56,144 nucleotides of DNA from a virus. Lineage: Duplodnaviria; Caudoviricetes. Of the stretch, positions 42,214-52,223 are shown piece after piece. Location of the stretch: IMG/VR virus record IMGVR_UViG_3300045957_000043, positions 1 to 56,144 of that record; one strand, written 5' to 3'. Numbering within the stretch: the first letter of the stretch is position 1; each line of letters opens with the position of its first letter. The notes under the pieces were generated by a model. It ran no database searches, was not told the DNA's origin, and saw only the letters and a list, made by a program, of their open reading frames with translations. A program made the position numbers and the translations under genes.

Positions 42214-45030
42214 TTAAGGCCAGACCGGTGCTTTGTGTCCTTCACGCACACTGCACTGGATCGTGCCGTCGTACTCCACTCGCCAGCTCAGCACTACGCC
42301 TTTGGTGTTGTCATTAGTCAAGATCCAAGCCGGCACGTTCGGTGCGGTGTCCGCGTCCGGGCCGAAGTCCCAGAGGCTACCCCAAGCCGGCGGGAAACTT
42401 GAGCCTTGCACAAACACTTGTCCGCTGTCGCCCGGCGAAGCGTTCGTGAGATTCGCGACAGTTCTCCCGCCAGCCAAGAGTTGGGGCAAAAACGCTTGTG
42501 GGCCAAGCGACACGTCGTACACAATGCTCGTCTGTGTACGGTCCAAAACCTGATAGCTCGGTCCTGCCGCGACGCCGCCCGTATCACAACACAACTGCGT
42601 GACAGTCAGGCTACCGCTAACAGAGTCAATGCAAGTGTGATACTTGAGCGACAGAGCACCCGGAGACGTGTAAATCAAAATGTCGCCAGACTGTTGCGGC
42701 GAAGCATTTGCCGCGTACCAAACCAGAATCTCGTTGTTAGTCGGAGCTTCTGGATCGCCGAACGATAAACCGCCGCCCGAGTTATCAATCGTGTAGCACT
42801 TGTCTTTCGGCAGCGAGTGATACTCGCCGGCATCATCCGTGTAGCCGAGAATATTCCCGTTCGCCCCCGTGTTATCCGAAACGAGCGTGAACTCGCTTGC
42901 GGTTGTGCTCCACGTCGCGGGGTCAACAAACGGACCGGCAGCGGCTTGGTTAACGCAGCAAGCATCGAGTCCTGTTGTTTGGATCAAGCTGGCATTGCCG
43001 TCGTCGTCCACGAAGTACCGATAGGTAGTCCCGTCGCCGTGGTCGTACTCAAGGACTGTTGGCCCGGAAATATTCTGTGCAGTCACATAGCTTTCGGCTT
43101 CTGTGACAACCAGCGGACTTGTGAAGCTACCGCCGGGGACCGTAGCGATCGGCGAGAGACAGCCTTGGATCGCTGCGCAGATATCAACCGTGACTGTAGT
43201 GCCGTCACCGTCGTTATGCACAATGGTGCCGTCGGCTAAGCCGTTTGCGCCGGTGTTGTCTGTGAGTACAGAAACACTACCGGTATCTACACCTGTAGTC
43301 TGAATCAGGCTCGCGTTACCGTCGTCATCCACGAAGTACCGATAAGTAGTCCCGTCGCCGTGATCGTACTCAAGGACTGTTGGCCCGGAAATATTCTGTG
43401 CAGTGACGTAGCTCTCGGCTTCTGTCACGACAAGCGGACTCGTGAACGTGCCGCCGGGGACCGTAGCGATCGGCGAGAGGCAGCCCTGGATTGCCGCACA
43501 CACGTCTACCGTGACTGTAGTCCCGTCACCGTCGTTGTGCACAAACGTGCCGTCGGCTAAGCCGTTCGCACCAGTGTTGTCGGTAAATACACTGACGGCG
43601 CCCGAGCTGATACCTGTAGTTTGGATTAGGCTCGCGTTACCGTCGTCATCCACGAAGTACCGATAAGTAGTCCCGTCGCCGTGATCGTACTCAAGCACCG
43701 TCGGTCCAGAGATACTCTGGGCCACGACGTAGCTCTCGGCTTCTGTCACGACAAGCGGACTCGTGAACGTGCCGCCGGGAACTGTTTCGATCGGTGACAG
43801 GCAGCCTTGGATCGCCGCGCAAATGTCGATGGTGACCGTAGTCCCGTCGCCGTCGTTATGCACAATCGTGCCGTCGGCTAAGCCAGTCACGCCAGTGTTG
43901 TCGGTCACTACAGACACCGCGCCGGCGCCGCCGCCTACCGGGACAGAACCGACACAGCTCTCGGTCATGACCGTGATATTCAGGTTCACGCCGTCACCGG
44001 CAGCGGTCACGACTTGATCAGAAATCGAGCTACCTGCAGGCAGAATCTCGCCGTCCAAGATGCTCGTCATGTCGAGCCGCGTCTGGCCAGCCGGCAAAAT
44101 CCACGGGTCTGCTGGGTTGACTACGCCACCAGGACCAGGAAGCAGCGTCGCCGAGCCGGGGCTCGTACCCGCCGCGATCCACATGAGGTGGAACTCGATA
44201 TCGCTCGCCGAAGTGCCCGTAACTTCCGCCCAAGCGCCCACAATGGTCTCTGAGGTGTTCGGGTTGACCATCGTGGAGTCAGAAGGCGTCGGTACTGAAC
44301 CCGAATCAACCGTCACGCTGCCGACTTTACCGACGGTGGTTTTCGTCCGCATACACACGCCGGGCAGCGGGTGCTCAACGCCGTTTTCGTCGACGTAGCC
44401 TACAAGGTACTGCACGGTGTCGTCGGGATTCTCGTAGAAGACGAACGTGTGGTTCGCAGACGGATTGGCCGCTGTAGCGCCCGCCGGCCAAGTGGTGGGG
44501 TCGTTAACGTCAACTAGCCCGCCGACAGTTGCTTCGATAGTGAAGTCGCAGCAGTTCTCGCCCGGCACTCGTAGTACCGTGACGTTGCCGTCATCATCTA
44601 CACCGTAGCGATATAGCCCGCCAGAACCGTCGGTGTAATCGATAAATGTCGGGCCAGAAGGCGAGCCTGCAGCTGCGTACACCGCAGCCAGATCGAGCGG
44701 GTCAACCAGACTCCCGGTCGTTACTGTAGCGATCGGGTCAAGGCAGCCTTGGATCGCCGCGCAAATGTCGATGGTGACCGTAGTCCCGCCGCCGTCGTTA
44801 TGCACGATCGTGCCGTCAGCTAAGCCGTTTGCCCCGGTGTTGTCCGTAACTACACTAGTAGCTCCCGTCGCCGTGATCGTCACGCTCAACGGGTCACCGT
44901 TAGTCTGCTGCAGCGTTAGCAGGCCCGTTTCGCTGGTGTAAACTAGGTCTGTGTTGCAACAGCCGTCGCCGCCTCCCCCGCAAGAATGCGCAACGTAACT
45001 ACTGCCGGGGGGAATTTGTGAGCCTGCCAT
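42214..45030 (-). CDS. Large repeat-containing virion fibre protein
   Basis: 938 aa, Thr/Gly/Asp-rich with four internal repeats; fibre-like C-terminal domain. Confidence 0.75.
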   Translation of the reverse strand: MAGSQIPPGSSYVAHSCGGGGDGCCNTDLVYTSETGLLTLQQTNGDPLSVTITATGATSVVTDNTGANGLADGTIVHNDGGGTTVTIDICAAIQGCLDPIATVTTGSLVDPLDLAAVYAAAGSPSGPTFIDYTDGSGGLYRYGVDDDGNVTVLRVPGENCCDFTIEATVGGLVDVNDPTTWPAGATAANPSANHTFVFYENPDDTVQYLVGYVDENGVEHPLPGVCMRTKTTVGKVGSVTVDSGSVPTPSDSTMVNPNTSETIVGAWAEVTGTSASDIEFHLMWIAAGTSPGSATLLPGPGGVVNPADPWILPAGQTRLDMTSILDGEILPAGSSISDQVVTAAGDGVNLNITVMTESCVGSVPVGGGAGAVSVVTDNTGVTGLADGTIVHNDGDGTTVTIDICAAIQGCLSPIETVPGGTFTSPLVVTEAESYVVAQSISGPTVLEYDHGDGTTYRYFVDDDGNASLIQTTGISSGAVSVFTDNTGANGLADGTFVHNDGDGTTVTVDVCAAIQGCLSPIATVPGGTFTSPLVVTEAESYVTAQNISGPTVLEYDHGDGTTYRYFVDDDGNASLIQTTGVDTGSVSVLTDNTGANGLADGTIVHNDGDGTTVTVDICAAIQGCLSPIATVPGGSFTSPLVVTEAESYVTAQNISGPTVLEYDHGDGTTYRYFVDDDGNASLIQTTGLDACCVNQAAAGPFVDPATWSTTASEFTLVSDNTGANGNILGYTDDAGEYHSLPKDKCYTIDNSGGGLSFGDPEAPTNNEILVWYAANASPQQSGDILIYTSPGALSLKYHTCIDSVSGSLTVTQLCCDTGGVAAGPSYQVLDRTQTSIVYDVSLGPQAFLPQLLAGGRTVANLTNASPGDSGQVFVQGSSFPPAWGSLWDFGPDADTAPNVPAWILTNDNTKGVVLSWRVEYDGTIQCSVREGHKAPVWP
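42965..43920. repeat. Three tandem 321-bp repeats (107 aa); a diverged fourth copy at ~44580-44860
   Basis: GTGTTGTC anchor at 43253, 43574, 43895. Confidence 0.9.
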
Positions 45031-45054
45031 TTACTACACTCCAGTGGTTTGTTT

Positions 45055-45483
45055 TTAGCCGACGAGTTCAGCTGTCAACGGATCGGGGCCGTTCTTGACG
45101 TTCCAGCTGCTACGGGTGCGTTTGCGGAATTCAGAAATAACCTGGGTCGCTTGGTTCCTCTGATCGAAGTCCGACCAGACCGTATACCCCACAGGTTCGC
45201 CGTCTCCGCCGAGATATCGCTTGTCGCGGACGACCCACTTGTGCTTCCCAGCGGATCGGCGTTCGGCTTCGATGCGTGCAAGAATCTTGCCTGCTTTGTG
45301 TTGGTGCTCTTCGAGCGTCGCCATCTGACCCCCGATCGACGCCACGCGCAAGTTTTGAATTTCAAGCTGCTCTTCCAGCTGTTGAATTCTATCTTCGAGT
45401 TGTTTTTGCTTTCCGCTTGCACGGGCGCCAGAAACAAGGGTGTTAGTTTCGTTGGAGACTGTAGTTTCAGTGGTTTTTGCCAT
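45055..45483 (-). CDS. Coiled-coil hypothetical protein after the capsid gene
   Basis: QKQLEDRIQQLEEQLEIQ; GAGGG RBS. Confidence 0.7.
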   Translation of the reverse strand: MAKTTETTVSNETNTLVSGARASGKQKQLEDRIQQLEEQLEIQNLRVASIGGQMATLEEHQHKAGKILARIEAERRSAGKHKWVVRDKRYLGGDGEPVGYTVWSDFDQRNQATQVISEFRKRTRSSWNVKNGPDPLTAELVG

Positions 45484-45504
45484 AGTTTCATACCCTCATC
45501 TGAT

Positions 45505-45542
45505 TAGACAAACAGGCTCAGATTTTACCCTGAGCCTGTCTA
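45505..45542 (-). terminator. Hairpin after the major capsid gene
   Basis: ACAGGCTCAG (45512-45521)/CTGAGCCTGT (45530-45539). Confidence 0.55.
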
Positions 45543-45577
45543 CTCTTTATCGTCGTAGTCACACCCCACGACGAGCG

Positions 45578-47134
45578 TTATTCAGTCGGGATTGCAGTCC
45601 CGTCCGCGTCAAGCGTGTTGTCGAACGCTCGCACCAAAACCGTCAGCCAAGGACGCAATGGAGTGAACGCCGCCATCCGCTCGTAACGACGCGCGAACGT
45701 AATCCCGCGATCAAAGTAAGCCCACGTGTTCGTTCCGCCGAACTCGCGGGTTGATACGTCGAAGTCGACCACTTGGCCGAACGTCGAAGTGAAGCTCTTG
45801 CTGACCAAGTACGTGTTCTCTGCCCACAACTCTGCGGTGCGGAGTGCAAGGTCCGGGTCTGCGATCCTGTCAGCAACCGTACCGTTGCCGTCGCCGTCGT
45901 AGCAGTTCAGGTAGAAGTCAACCAGGATGTTCCACATCCATCGCGACCACTTCACAACCGGGCTCCAGCCGTCACGCGATGACATATTGACGCGCCGTTC
46001 TGCATTGCAGCCGTTGTACGTGCCGCAAGTCGTCAGCAAGTGCGAGCCGATCGCACGTTGGTACTGCTCAGCTTTGCACCTTCGAGTCATCATCACTTGG
46101 TACTCGCCACCGCAGTCAACCGGCATTCCGGTCATCGGGTCGCAAGCGCCCTCGAAGACTTGCTCGATCGCGCAGTACGGCGGGCAAGTGCAGTCCGTCC
46201 AAGCCAAATCAGGGTCTTGCAGGACGTTCACCCAGGGGCCGTTATCCGCAGCCGTCAACCACATGGATTCGTATGTTACGTTGTCGTACGTGTACGGATA
46301 CTGATTGCAGCCCGTCTCGCAGCTCAACGCATCAAACGCCCAGCGGATAAAGTTCCGCTCGTCAATGATGTCAAACCATTGGCGGCGACGGTCGATTTCG
46401 CGGCGCATTTCGGCGTCTGCATCCAAGCAGGCGATATTCCGGTGTAGCGCGAATGCAAAGTGAATGTAGCAGGGCCGTCCAGGCTCCCAGCAACGTTCTT
46501 TGCCCAGCCCGTAAAACTGCGCCGGGTCGTCTTCGTTCGTGTCGTTGCAACAGAACTCAGGCGGCATATCCAGCGGCATTTCGCAAATCTTGCGGTCGAC
46601 ATACCGCGAGCACGGCATATCCAATCGCGAATAGCAGTCTTGAGTTGCCGTAGCAGCCGGCGGACAAGTGAAGTCCGACATAATCCGGGTCTTGCAACGC
46701 TCTCGGAAGCTATCAACGTAGCTCGCGGTGATCGGCACAATCCCGTCGCTTTCGGCCAAGATTCGATCCAGGTCGTTCGCGATCGAGATGTCGTAGCTCG
46801 GCGTGTGATGACGCATATGCGTCGTCACCAGCTTGTCGAACACCTTATCAAACTTCGTGGTTTTACACGCTTTGTCGGCTTCCTCGATGAGCTGTTCGCT
46901 GCGCGCGTTGCTCAAGCCGGGGCGACCTTCATAAAAAGCGTTGTACATCGCGTCGGGCATCAACTGCTCGAACACCATGTTATAGTCAACGTCATTGATG
47001 TTGTACGTGCCTTCCGCACAAGCATCTTTGAGTTCATCAAAGGCTTCGTTCAGGGTCTCATCGTTGACTTGACCCTTCGCTGCCTTCTCGAACTCCTCCG
47101 TCAGGAAGTCGTTAATGTTCTTCTTTTTGGGCAT
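45578..47134 (-). CDS. Major capsid protein (Cys-rich)
   Basis: Position after portal, protease and decoration genes; AGGAG RBS; 23 Cys/518 aa. Confidence 0.75.
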   Translation of the reverse strand: MPKKKNINDFLTEEFEKAAKGQVNDETLNEAFDELKDACAEGTYNINDVDYNMVFEQLMPDAMYNAFYEGRPGLSNARSEQLIEEADKACKTTKFDKVFDKLVTTHMRHHTPSYDISIANDLDRILAESDGIVPITASYVDSFRERCKTRIMSDFTCPPAATATQDCYSRLDMPCSRYVDRKICEMPLDMPPEFCCNDTNEDDPAQFYGLGKERCWEPGRPCYIHFAFALHRNIACLDADAEMRREIDRRRQWFDIIDERNFIRWAFDALSCETGCNQYPYTYDNVTYESMWLTAADNGPWVNVLQDPDLAWTDCTCPPYCAIEQVFEGACDPMTGMPVDCGGEYQVMMTRRCKAEQYQRAIGSHLLTTCGTYNGCNAERRVNMSSRDGWSPVVKWSRWMWNILVDFYLNCYDGDGNGTVADRIADPDLALRTAELWAENTYLVSKSFTSTFGQVVDFDVSTREFGGTNTWAYFDRGITFARRYERMAAFTPLRPWLTVLVRAFDNTLDADGTAIPTE

Positions 47135-47146
47135 CAGTGAGTTCTC

Positions 47147-47710
47147 CTAGCAGCGCCCGGCGTCGAAGGCGAGCAAGATGCAACGCTTCGTAGGCCGGGT
47201 GATCGAATTCAAGAGGGTCGGGCTCACATCAGCCGGGGCAGCCGGGTCAGGCGGGCACGACAACCGTTGCTGACAGTTACACGCACACTCTTCGACTGCT
47301 TCGAGAATGCCAGTACCGTTCGCAACAACAATTGTGTTGCTAACGAACGTGACTGCATTGACCGTCTCAGTCGCAAAAGTGTATTTCTCGCCCGGAATGC
47401 TCGCTACCGGAGTAGCGGTCTGCATTTCCACCCAACCGCAGCTGGCGATCTGTACCGTATGGCACTCGCCAGCTTCAAAGGTTTCAACGGTGAAACCAAC
47501 AAAGTTATCGACCGCCAAGCTAAGCGTTACCGCCGAGCTAAACGGGCGAACCGCGCTGGTCACGGGATCTTGGAACATGGGCGTTCCGCCAAGCGGAATC
47601 CCAAATGCCGGGTCAACCAAGTACTTGCGCAGACTGCAGGGTCCGCAAGTCCGGCGGATCTTGTTGCAAGTCAAATTGCAACTGCCGTCGTCAAGGCATT
47701 TCAGGCTCAT
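47147..47710 (-). CDS. Head decoration/cement protein (Cys-rich)
   Basis: Position between scaffold and MCP; FVGF motif; 13 Cys/187 aa. Confidence 0.65.
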   Translation of the reverse strand: MSLKCLDDGSCNLTCNKIRRTCGPCSLRKYLVDPAFGIPLGGTPMFQDPVTSAVRPFSSAVTLSLAVDNFVGFTVETFEAGECHTVQIASCGWVEMQTATPVASIPGEKYTFATETVNAVTFVSNTIVVANGTGILEAVEECACNCQQRLSCPPDPAAPADVSPTLLNSITRPTKRCILLAFDAGRC

Positions 47711-47721
47711 GGATTTAACTC

Positions 47722-48687
47722 CTACAGTTCGCGTCGGGAGAGTTTCTTACGTGGCTTCTTGCCATTGGCGGAGTAGCTCGTACCCGACTTGCTCTTCGGG
47801 GCCCCTGCGGGGTCGCCTTCAGCACTCTCGGGAGCCATTCGCTTCAAAATTCGCAGATAACGATCGTCGTCATACAGCTCAAGCAAGTCTTCCATCAGGT
47901 CTTCTTCGACCAGGAAGCCGTCGCCGCAAATCTCCTTCGCGCTCTCGGTGATCTTCTCCCGGCGAGCGTGGTCCTGCTCGGCCTGCTTGTATTGGTTCAG
48001 CTCAGCTTGAAGGTCGTCTAAAGCCTTCTTCAAGTCGGCTTTTTCGGCGATCAGGTTTTCAACCTTCTCGGCCTTTTCGTCGCGCTGTTGAGTCGCGCAG
48101 GCGCAGGCGGCTTCTTCAAGTTGCTCGCAGAGCACTGGGAAGGTCGCCTTCAGCTCCTCTTTAGTTTTGATTTCCATGATTTCCTCGTGGCTTTCAAACA
48201 AACTGCTGTTGGTGCCTCCCCGGTACACCGCAGCGACACCCAAGAACTTAGGGTCGTCGGTGATATCCTCAATCAGGGTGACCCCGCCCTTTTTGGATTC
48301 CTTCCAGCGGCCCACTTCGTGAGACAGCGGAATGTTCTGGGGGAACTTTTCCGCATCGACGAGAATCTTTTTGGTCAGCGGGTCGGCTTCGTTCAAGAAC
48401 CAGTCGTAACGGCTACAGGCTTCCTTCGAGCCGAGCTTTTCAGCTCGCCCGTTGCGAAGTTGCCCGTTTTGGCAGTGGTAGTCACGGTGTTTGCGGTCGT
48501 GACCGCCGCGCACTGTCACCGGCACGTTTTCGAACACACGACTCGACTTTTCGATTGCCTTGTCGGTGTATTCCCGGTTGTTGTTCGAGACCTTGCCCGT
48601 GACCTTGACCCCGTGGATAACGTGATTCTCGTGGTCGACTTTGACTTCAGATAAGTCAAACGACTCGACTAACAGGTTAGCTGGCAA
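47722..48687 (-). CDS. Prohead protease/scaffold
   Basis: VIHGVKV.G.VS.NNREY, PLSH; coiled-coil C-terminal half; internal GAGGA-ATG at 48177. Confidence 0.8.
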   Translation of the reverse strand: MPANLLVESFDLSEVKVDHENHVIHGVKVTGKVSNNNREYTDKAIEKSSRVFENVPVTVRGGHDRKHRDYHCQNGQLRNGRAEKLGSKEACSRYDWFLNEADPLTKKILVDAEKFPQNIPLSHEVGRWKESKKGGVTLIEDITDDPKFLGVAAVYRGGTNSSLFESHEEIMEIKTKEELKATFPVLCEQLEEAACACATQQRDEKAEKVENLIAEKADLKKALDDLQAELNQYKQAEQDHARREKITESAKEICGDGFLVEEDLMEDLLELYDDDRYLRILKRMAPESAEGDPAGAPKSKSGTSYSANGKKPRKKLSRREL

Positions 48688-48722
48688 GGTTTAGACTCTC
48701 GTAAAAAGAACAGGGGGCATCC

Positions 48723-50264
48723 TTAATCTGATTCTACGCCTGGGTCTGTAGTGCTAGTCCCTGCTGGGTACAGTTCACGGTGGCGACTGATCTCAGACTG
48801 CATTTGGTTGTAGTCCACGTTGAGCCTACGCGCGGCTTCCTGAACCGAGATAATCGCGGGGTGATCTGCAGTCTCACTAGCCAGCGAGATTACCATCTGG
48901 GCTTCTTTCGTCTTGTCGTTTTGCTCGGTCAACGGGAAGCTAGGTCGGATGATCACTTTCGCGCGGGCGTCTTTGATCGAATCCGGCTGCCAGCCCAAAA
49001 TTGCGGCGATACCTATCCATTGCAGCTCTTGCTCATAGAACCACATGGTTGTTTGCTCGCGCAAAACCCGCCGGCTAAACGGCCCGGTTGCCGAGACTAA
49101 ACTGCTCCGGTTTCCGGTGTTCGCATCCCCGAACATGAACTCCGGGATCTGCCGGATCGAGCCGATCGACCGTTGTAGCGCCTGGATCACCTCGATGTAG
49201 TTTCGGGCGTTCACTTTGAAGCCGTGCATCTCCACATCAATGTTTTTCAAGTGATGCTCTAAAGGATCTCGCCCCCTGGTGGACATTTGGCTATTCAGCT
49301 CTTCAGCGCGCCTTCCGATCACGTTTTGGACCGCCGCGCGGCGATTCGTCTTCGCGTGCTTATGGACTACCGCGTACTTGCTTTGCTTGATAGCTAACTC
49401 AGCCATCGACTGGGTGACTTCCTGGAGCAGCGCAACCACACAGCCGACCGCCAGAAACGGCGGGACTCCCCTCGGGTCGTTCACGTCGACCACGTTTTTT
49501 CCGTGCTGCACTTGGCTAGCCGGGACGTACTCAAACTCGTCACTCTCACCCGTCTGCGAGATTCGGTGCCAGTACCCTACAGGCATCGCGGCATCACCGG
49601 GCATTGCCACGATACCGAATTCCCCTGGGACTACATTCTCTTCGAGTAGTGACGCCACGAAAGACGGTACGGGGCTGATCACTTGCCGGGGGTCAGTCGG
49701 CTGCCGCACGTCCATCGGTTCCATGAATCTCACGTGGAACTCGCCGTTCACGTAAAACCACCGGCGGAAGAACTCCCCGTCTCGCACATACCGGCGGTAC
49801 GTCTCTTCCTGCATGAAGTACCAGCCCCGGAGGTTCCCGAGATGCACGTTTTCGACTAAGTACTGGTGAGCAGTACGAACGGCTTTCAGGCGTTCTTCCC
49901 TGAACGGATCAGTAGAGTCTCGGTTGGCGACCGTGTATTTCCAGCCGTTCGCCACCGTGTAGCTAAGCATCGCTTCGGTCGCCGCGATGATATTCGGGTC
50001 GCGAGCCAGTTTGAAACTTGCCTCTTGCATGGTATCCAGTGACCCTTGGTCACCGCTTTTGTACGGGAGGTGCTTGCCGTCCTGCAGTCCTTCTCTAGTC
50101 AAGAAATCAAACTCATCGCGGACTGTCTGCAGTCTACCTAAGCAGTCCTGTAGTCCGCGCACGTCGGCTTCAAGCAGCCCGAATTCAGTAAACTCCTCAA
50201 CGGCTTCGGTAAGCACATTGGGTTTAGTCTCGGGCTCAGCAAGAGCAGTAGTAGATTCAGTCAT
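48723..50264 (-). CDS. Portal protein
   Basis: Follows terL; RDGEFF, V.H.K..VD...RGVP, IPEFMFGDA..N..S. Confidence 0.85.
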   Translation of the reverse strand: MTESTTALAEPETKPNVLTEAVEEFTEFGLLEADVRGLQDCLGRLQTVRDEFDFLTREGLQDGKHLPYKSGDQGSLDTMQEASFKLARDPNIIAATEAMLSYTVANGWKYTVANRDSTDPFREERLKAVRTAHQYLVENVHLGNLRGWYFMQEETYRRYVRDGEFFRRWFYVNGEFHVRFMEPMDVRQPTDPRQVISPVPSFVASLLEENVVPGEFGIVAMPGDAAMPVGYWHRISQTGESDEFEYVPASQVQHGKNVVDVNDPRGVPPFLAVGCVVALLQEVTQSMAELAIKQSKYAVVHKHAKTNRRAAVQNVIGRRAEELNSQMSTRGRDPLEHHLKNIDVEMHGFKVNARNYIEVIQALQRSIGSIRQIPEFMFGDANTGNRSSLVSATGPFSRRVLREQTTMWFYEQELQWIGIAAILGWQPDSIKDARAKVIIRPSFPLTEQNDKTKEAQMVISLASETADHPAIISVQEAARRLNVDYNQMQSEISRHRELYPAGTSTTDPGVESD

Positions 50265-50265
50265 T

Positions 50266-51741
50266 TCAGTACACAATCTCACTCAGGAGGAAAGTAGCGA
50301 CCTCAAGAGCGTCTGGTCCGTCGTCATGTGCCGTCCGCGAGGGAAACGCGCGGAGCTGGCGTACAGTAAGCCCAGTGCCCCGGCTCCTGACAAACTTGAT
50401 ATCTCGGTTACGAATAAACGCATCTAGCCCTTCGGTAATCCGGTCTTCTTTGCTGCGCGGCGCGTCGCGCAAGACGTTATCAACTTCCATGATCTGACAG
50501 TTGATGCCTTGCTCGTGAAATACATCATCCGCAGTCGCGCCGATCAAAAACTGCATCGCGTTTGATTCGATGCCCACAACGTCGGGAACCCTGGGGAGCT
50601 TTTTAGTGCAGAACCGCGCAAGGCGCTGTACTGTCTCGAACGGGCCGTCTTTCTCTAGGTCAGCTTCACAGTAAAGCTGCCCCGTGCGGTCAGAGCCCAA
50701 GGCTACAACCGCACTGTAGTCGCCGTCTCTTAAAGCCCTTCCGGTCGCGGGGTCGACTGCTACAACCAACCATTCAATCTGGCTTGGCCACTTATCAACC
50801 CACTGCGACTCACTAAATAAGCTCCCCTCCCAGAGCAGCCCGTCCTGCGTGATCGGTCTCTGTTGGTAGGTCGCGTTCCACGCAAACCGGCTCAGCAAAT
50901 CGCGGCGGTTTTCGAGATACTCAAGCGGCAGAATTCCAGGGCAAAGGCTTTCACCCTTGCGCATGATCAGCTCGTTGTTGTGGTAGACATCGTCTTCCGC
51001 GAGCGCGGGAAGAATCAGCTTGCGCCACTTGATATGACCGCCTTCGTTCTCCTGGTCAAGCAGTCTCCCTAAGTGGTCTTCCGAGTGCCATCTTGTTCCG
51101 ACTGAGACAAGTTTAGTTTTCAGCTCGTCGTTGTCTTGCACGCGCTGCAGGAGCGTCATGTCAATCCAAGCCCAAATCTTGTCTCGGACTTTCTCGCTCA
51201 AAGCCTCTTCCGTGTCTTTGATCAAGTCATCCAAGATAATCAGATGACACTTCTGCCCCGTGATCCCGCCGCCCCAGCCAATGCAGTTGAAGCTACCCTC
51301 ATGCCCTTCAATGCCCCAGGACTCGTTCGCAGTTCGCTTCTTGGATAGCTTCAGGTTGAACAAATCCCCCGCGTTGTGCCTGAACACCTCTTTGCACTGC
51401 GCGCCGAACCGATTCGCCGTCGGTTGGTTGTACGTCACGATATACACGTTCTCGTCTGGGTGCATCGCAAAGTATCGCGTCGCACCATACAGCATCGTGC
51501 TCATCGTTTTACCCACACGCGGTGGGCAATTAATCATCAGGTACGGGTGCTCCCCCGAGAATACTTTCTCCAGCTCGGTATCTAGCAGCTTCGTGTGCCA
51601 GTACGGCTTAAAGAAGCTCGGCTTGTGGTTTAACATCCAGGCAAACGTCGAAACGCTACACAGGCTTCTCCTTGTCGCAATCGGCAAGTCCCGAAAGCTC
51701 TTCGCGCCCGAAATATGCTCCCGGATCGTCTCAATCGCCAT
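50266..51741 (-). CDS. terL: Terminase large subunit
   Basis: PPRVGKT, IILDDLIKD, GTRWHSED, VDPA, DYSA, HDDGPDAL. Confidence 0.95.
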   Translation of the reverse strand: MAIETIREHISGAKSFRDLPIATRRSLCSVSTFAWMLNHKPSFFKPYWHTKLLDTELEKVFSGEHPYLMINCPPRVGKTMSTMLYGATRYFAMHPDENVYIVTYNQPTANRFGAQCKEVFRHNAGDLFNLKLSKKRTANESWGIEGHEGSFNCIGWGGGITGQKCHLIILDDLIKDTEEALSEKVRDKIWAWIDMTLLQRVQDNDELKTKLVSVGTRWHSEDHLGRLLDQENEGGHIKWRKLILPALAEDDVYHNNELIMRKGESLCPGILPLEYLENRRDLLSRFAWNATYQQRPITQDGLLWEGSLFSESQWVDKWPSQIEWLVVAVDPATGRALRDGDYSAVVALGSDRTGQLYCEADLEKDGPFETVQRLARFCTKKLPRVPDVVGIESNAMQFLIGATADDVFHEQGINCQIMEVDNVLRDAPRSKEDRITEGLDAFIRNRDIKFVRSRGTGLTVRQLRAFPSRTAHDDGPDALEVATFLLSEIVY

Positions 51742-52006
51742 GCTGTTCCCGCCGCGCTGCTTCTTGCTCTTTGCTGGTCTGCCGCCGGCGCTCCCGGTTA
51801 CGTTCAGCCAGCGTCGAGGCTGAGTATTCTTTCCGAACTAAAACAAAACCAGTTTTAGGCTCCCAGTTGCGCAGGTCGCTATTCAAAGTGAAGTGCCGCT
51901 CAAAACACAGCAGGCAGAGCCCATTCTTGTAGTCCCCAAGCCGCAAGCAGTGCTCAGCACTACACGTAGTAATCTCGACTGACTCTTGTTTTTCAGTCGA
52001 ACGCAT
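51731..52006 (-). CDS. Small Cys-motif hypothetical protein
   Basis: CSAEHC...GLCLLC. Confidence 0.6.
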   Translation of the reverse strand: MRSTEKQESVEITTCSAEHCLRLGDYKNGLCLLCFERHFTLNSDLRNWEPKTGFVLVRKEYSASTLAERNRERRRQTSKEQEAARREQHGD

Positions 52007-52214
52007 GGACCTCGACCGTTGCATAAACGCCGCCAATCCCAAGTTCGTACACGTGCAGCTCGTACGGGTACAAGCAACCCGCATGACTAAGATTCGTCAG
52101 CCGCACAGCCTCAGAGTCGATCAGGAACACATGCTGCTTCCCCCTGAGCCGGCTTGTATCCACGATCTTCTCTAACCCGTGCGGCAGATTCTCAATCGAG
52201 ATGAGCTTGTTCAC
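51993..52214 (-). CDS. Hypothetical protein
   Basis: 73-aa ORF in the operon. Confidence 0.55.
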   Translation of the reverse strand: MNKLISIENLPHGLEKIVDTSRLRGKQHVFLIDSEAVRLTNLSHAGCLYPYELHVYELGIGGVYATVEVHAFD

Positions 52215-52223
52215 ACTCGAATT

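Noticed and set aside
45773-48654. Long plus-strand ORFs opposite the capsid genes (e.g. 46460-47140, 47307-47951, 48088-48654)
   Set aside because: Antisense shadows of GC-rich coding genes, with no motifs.
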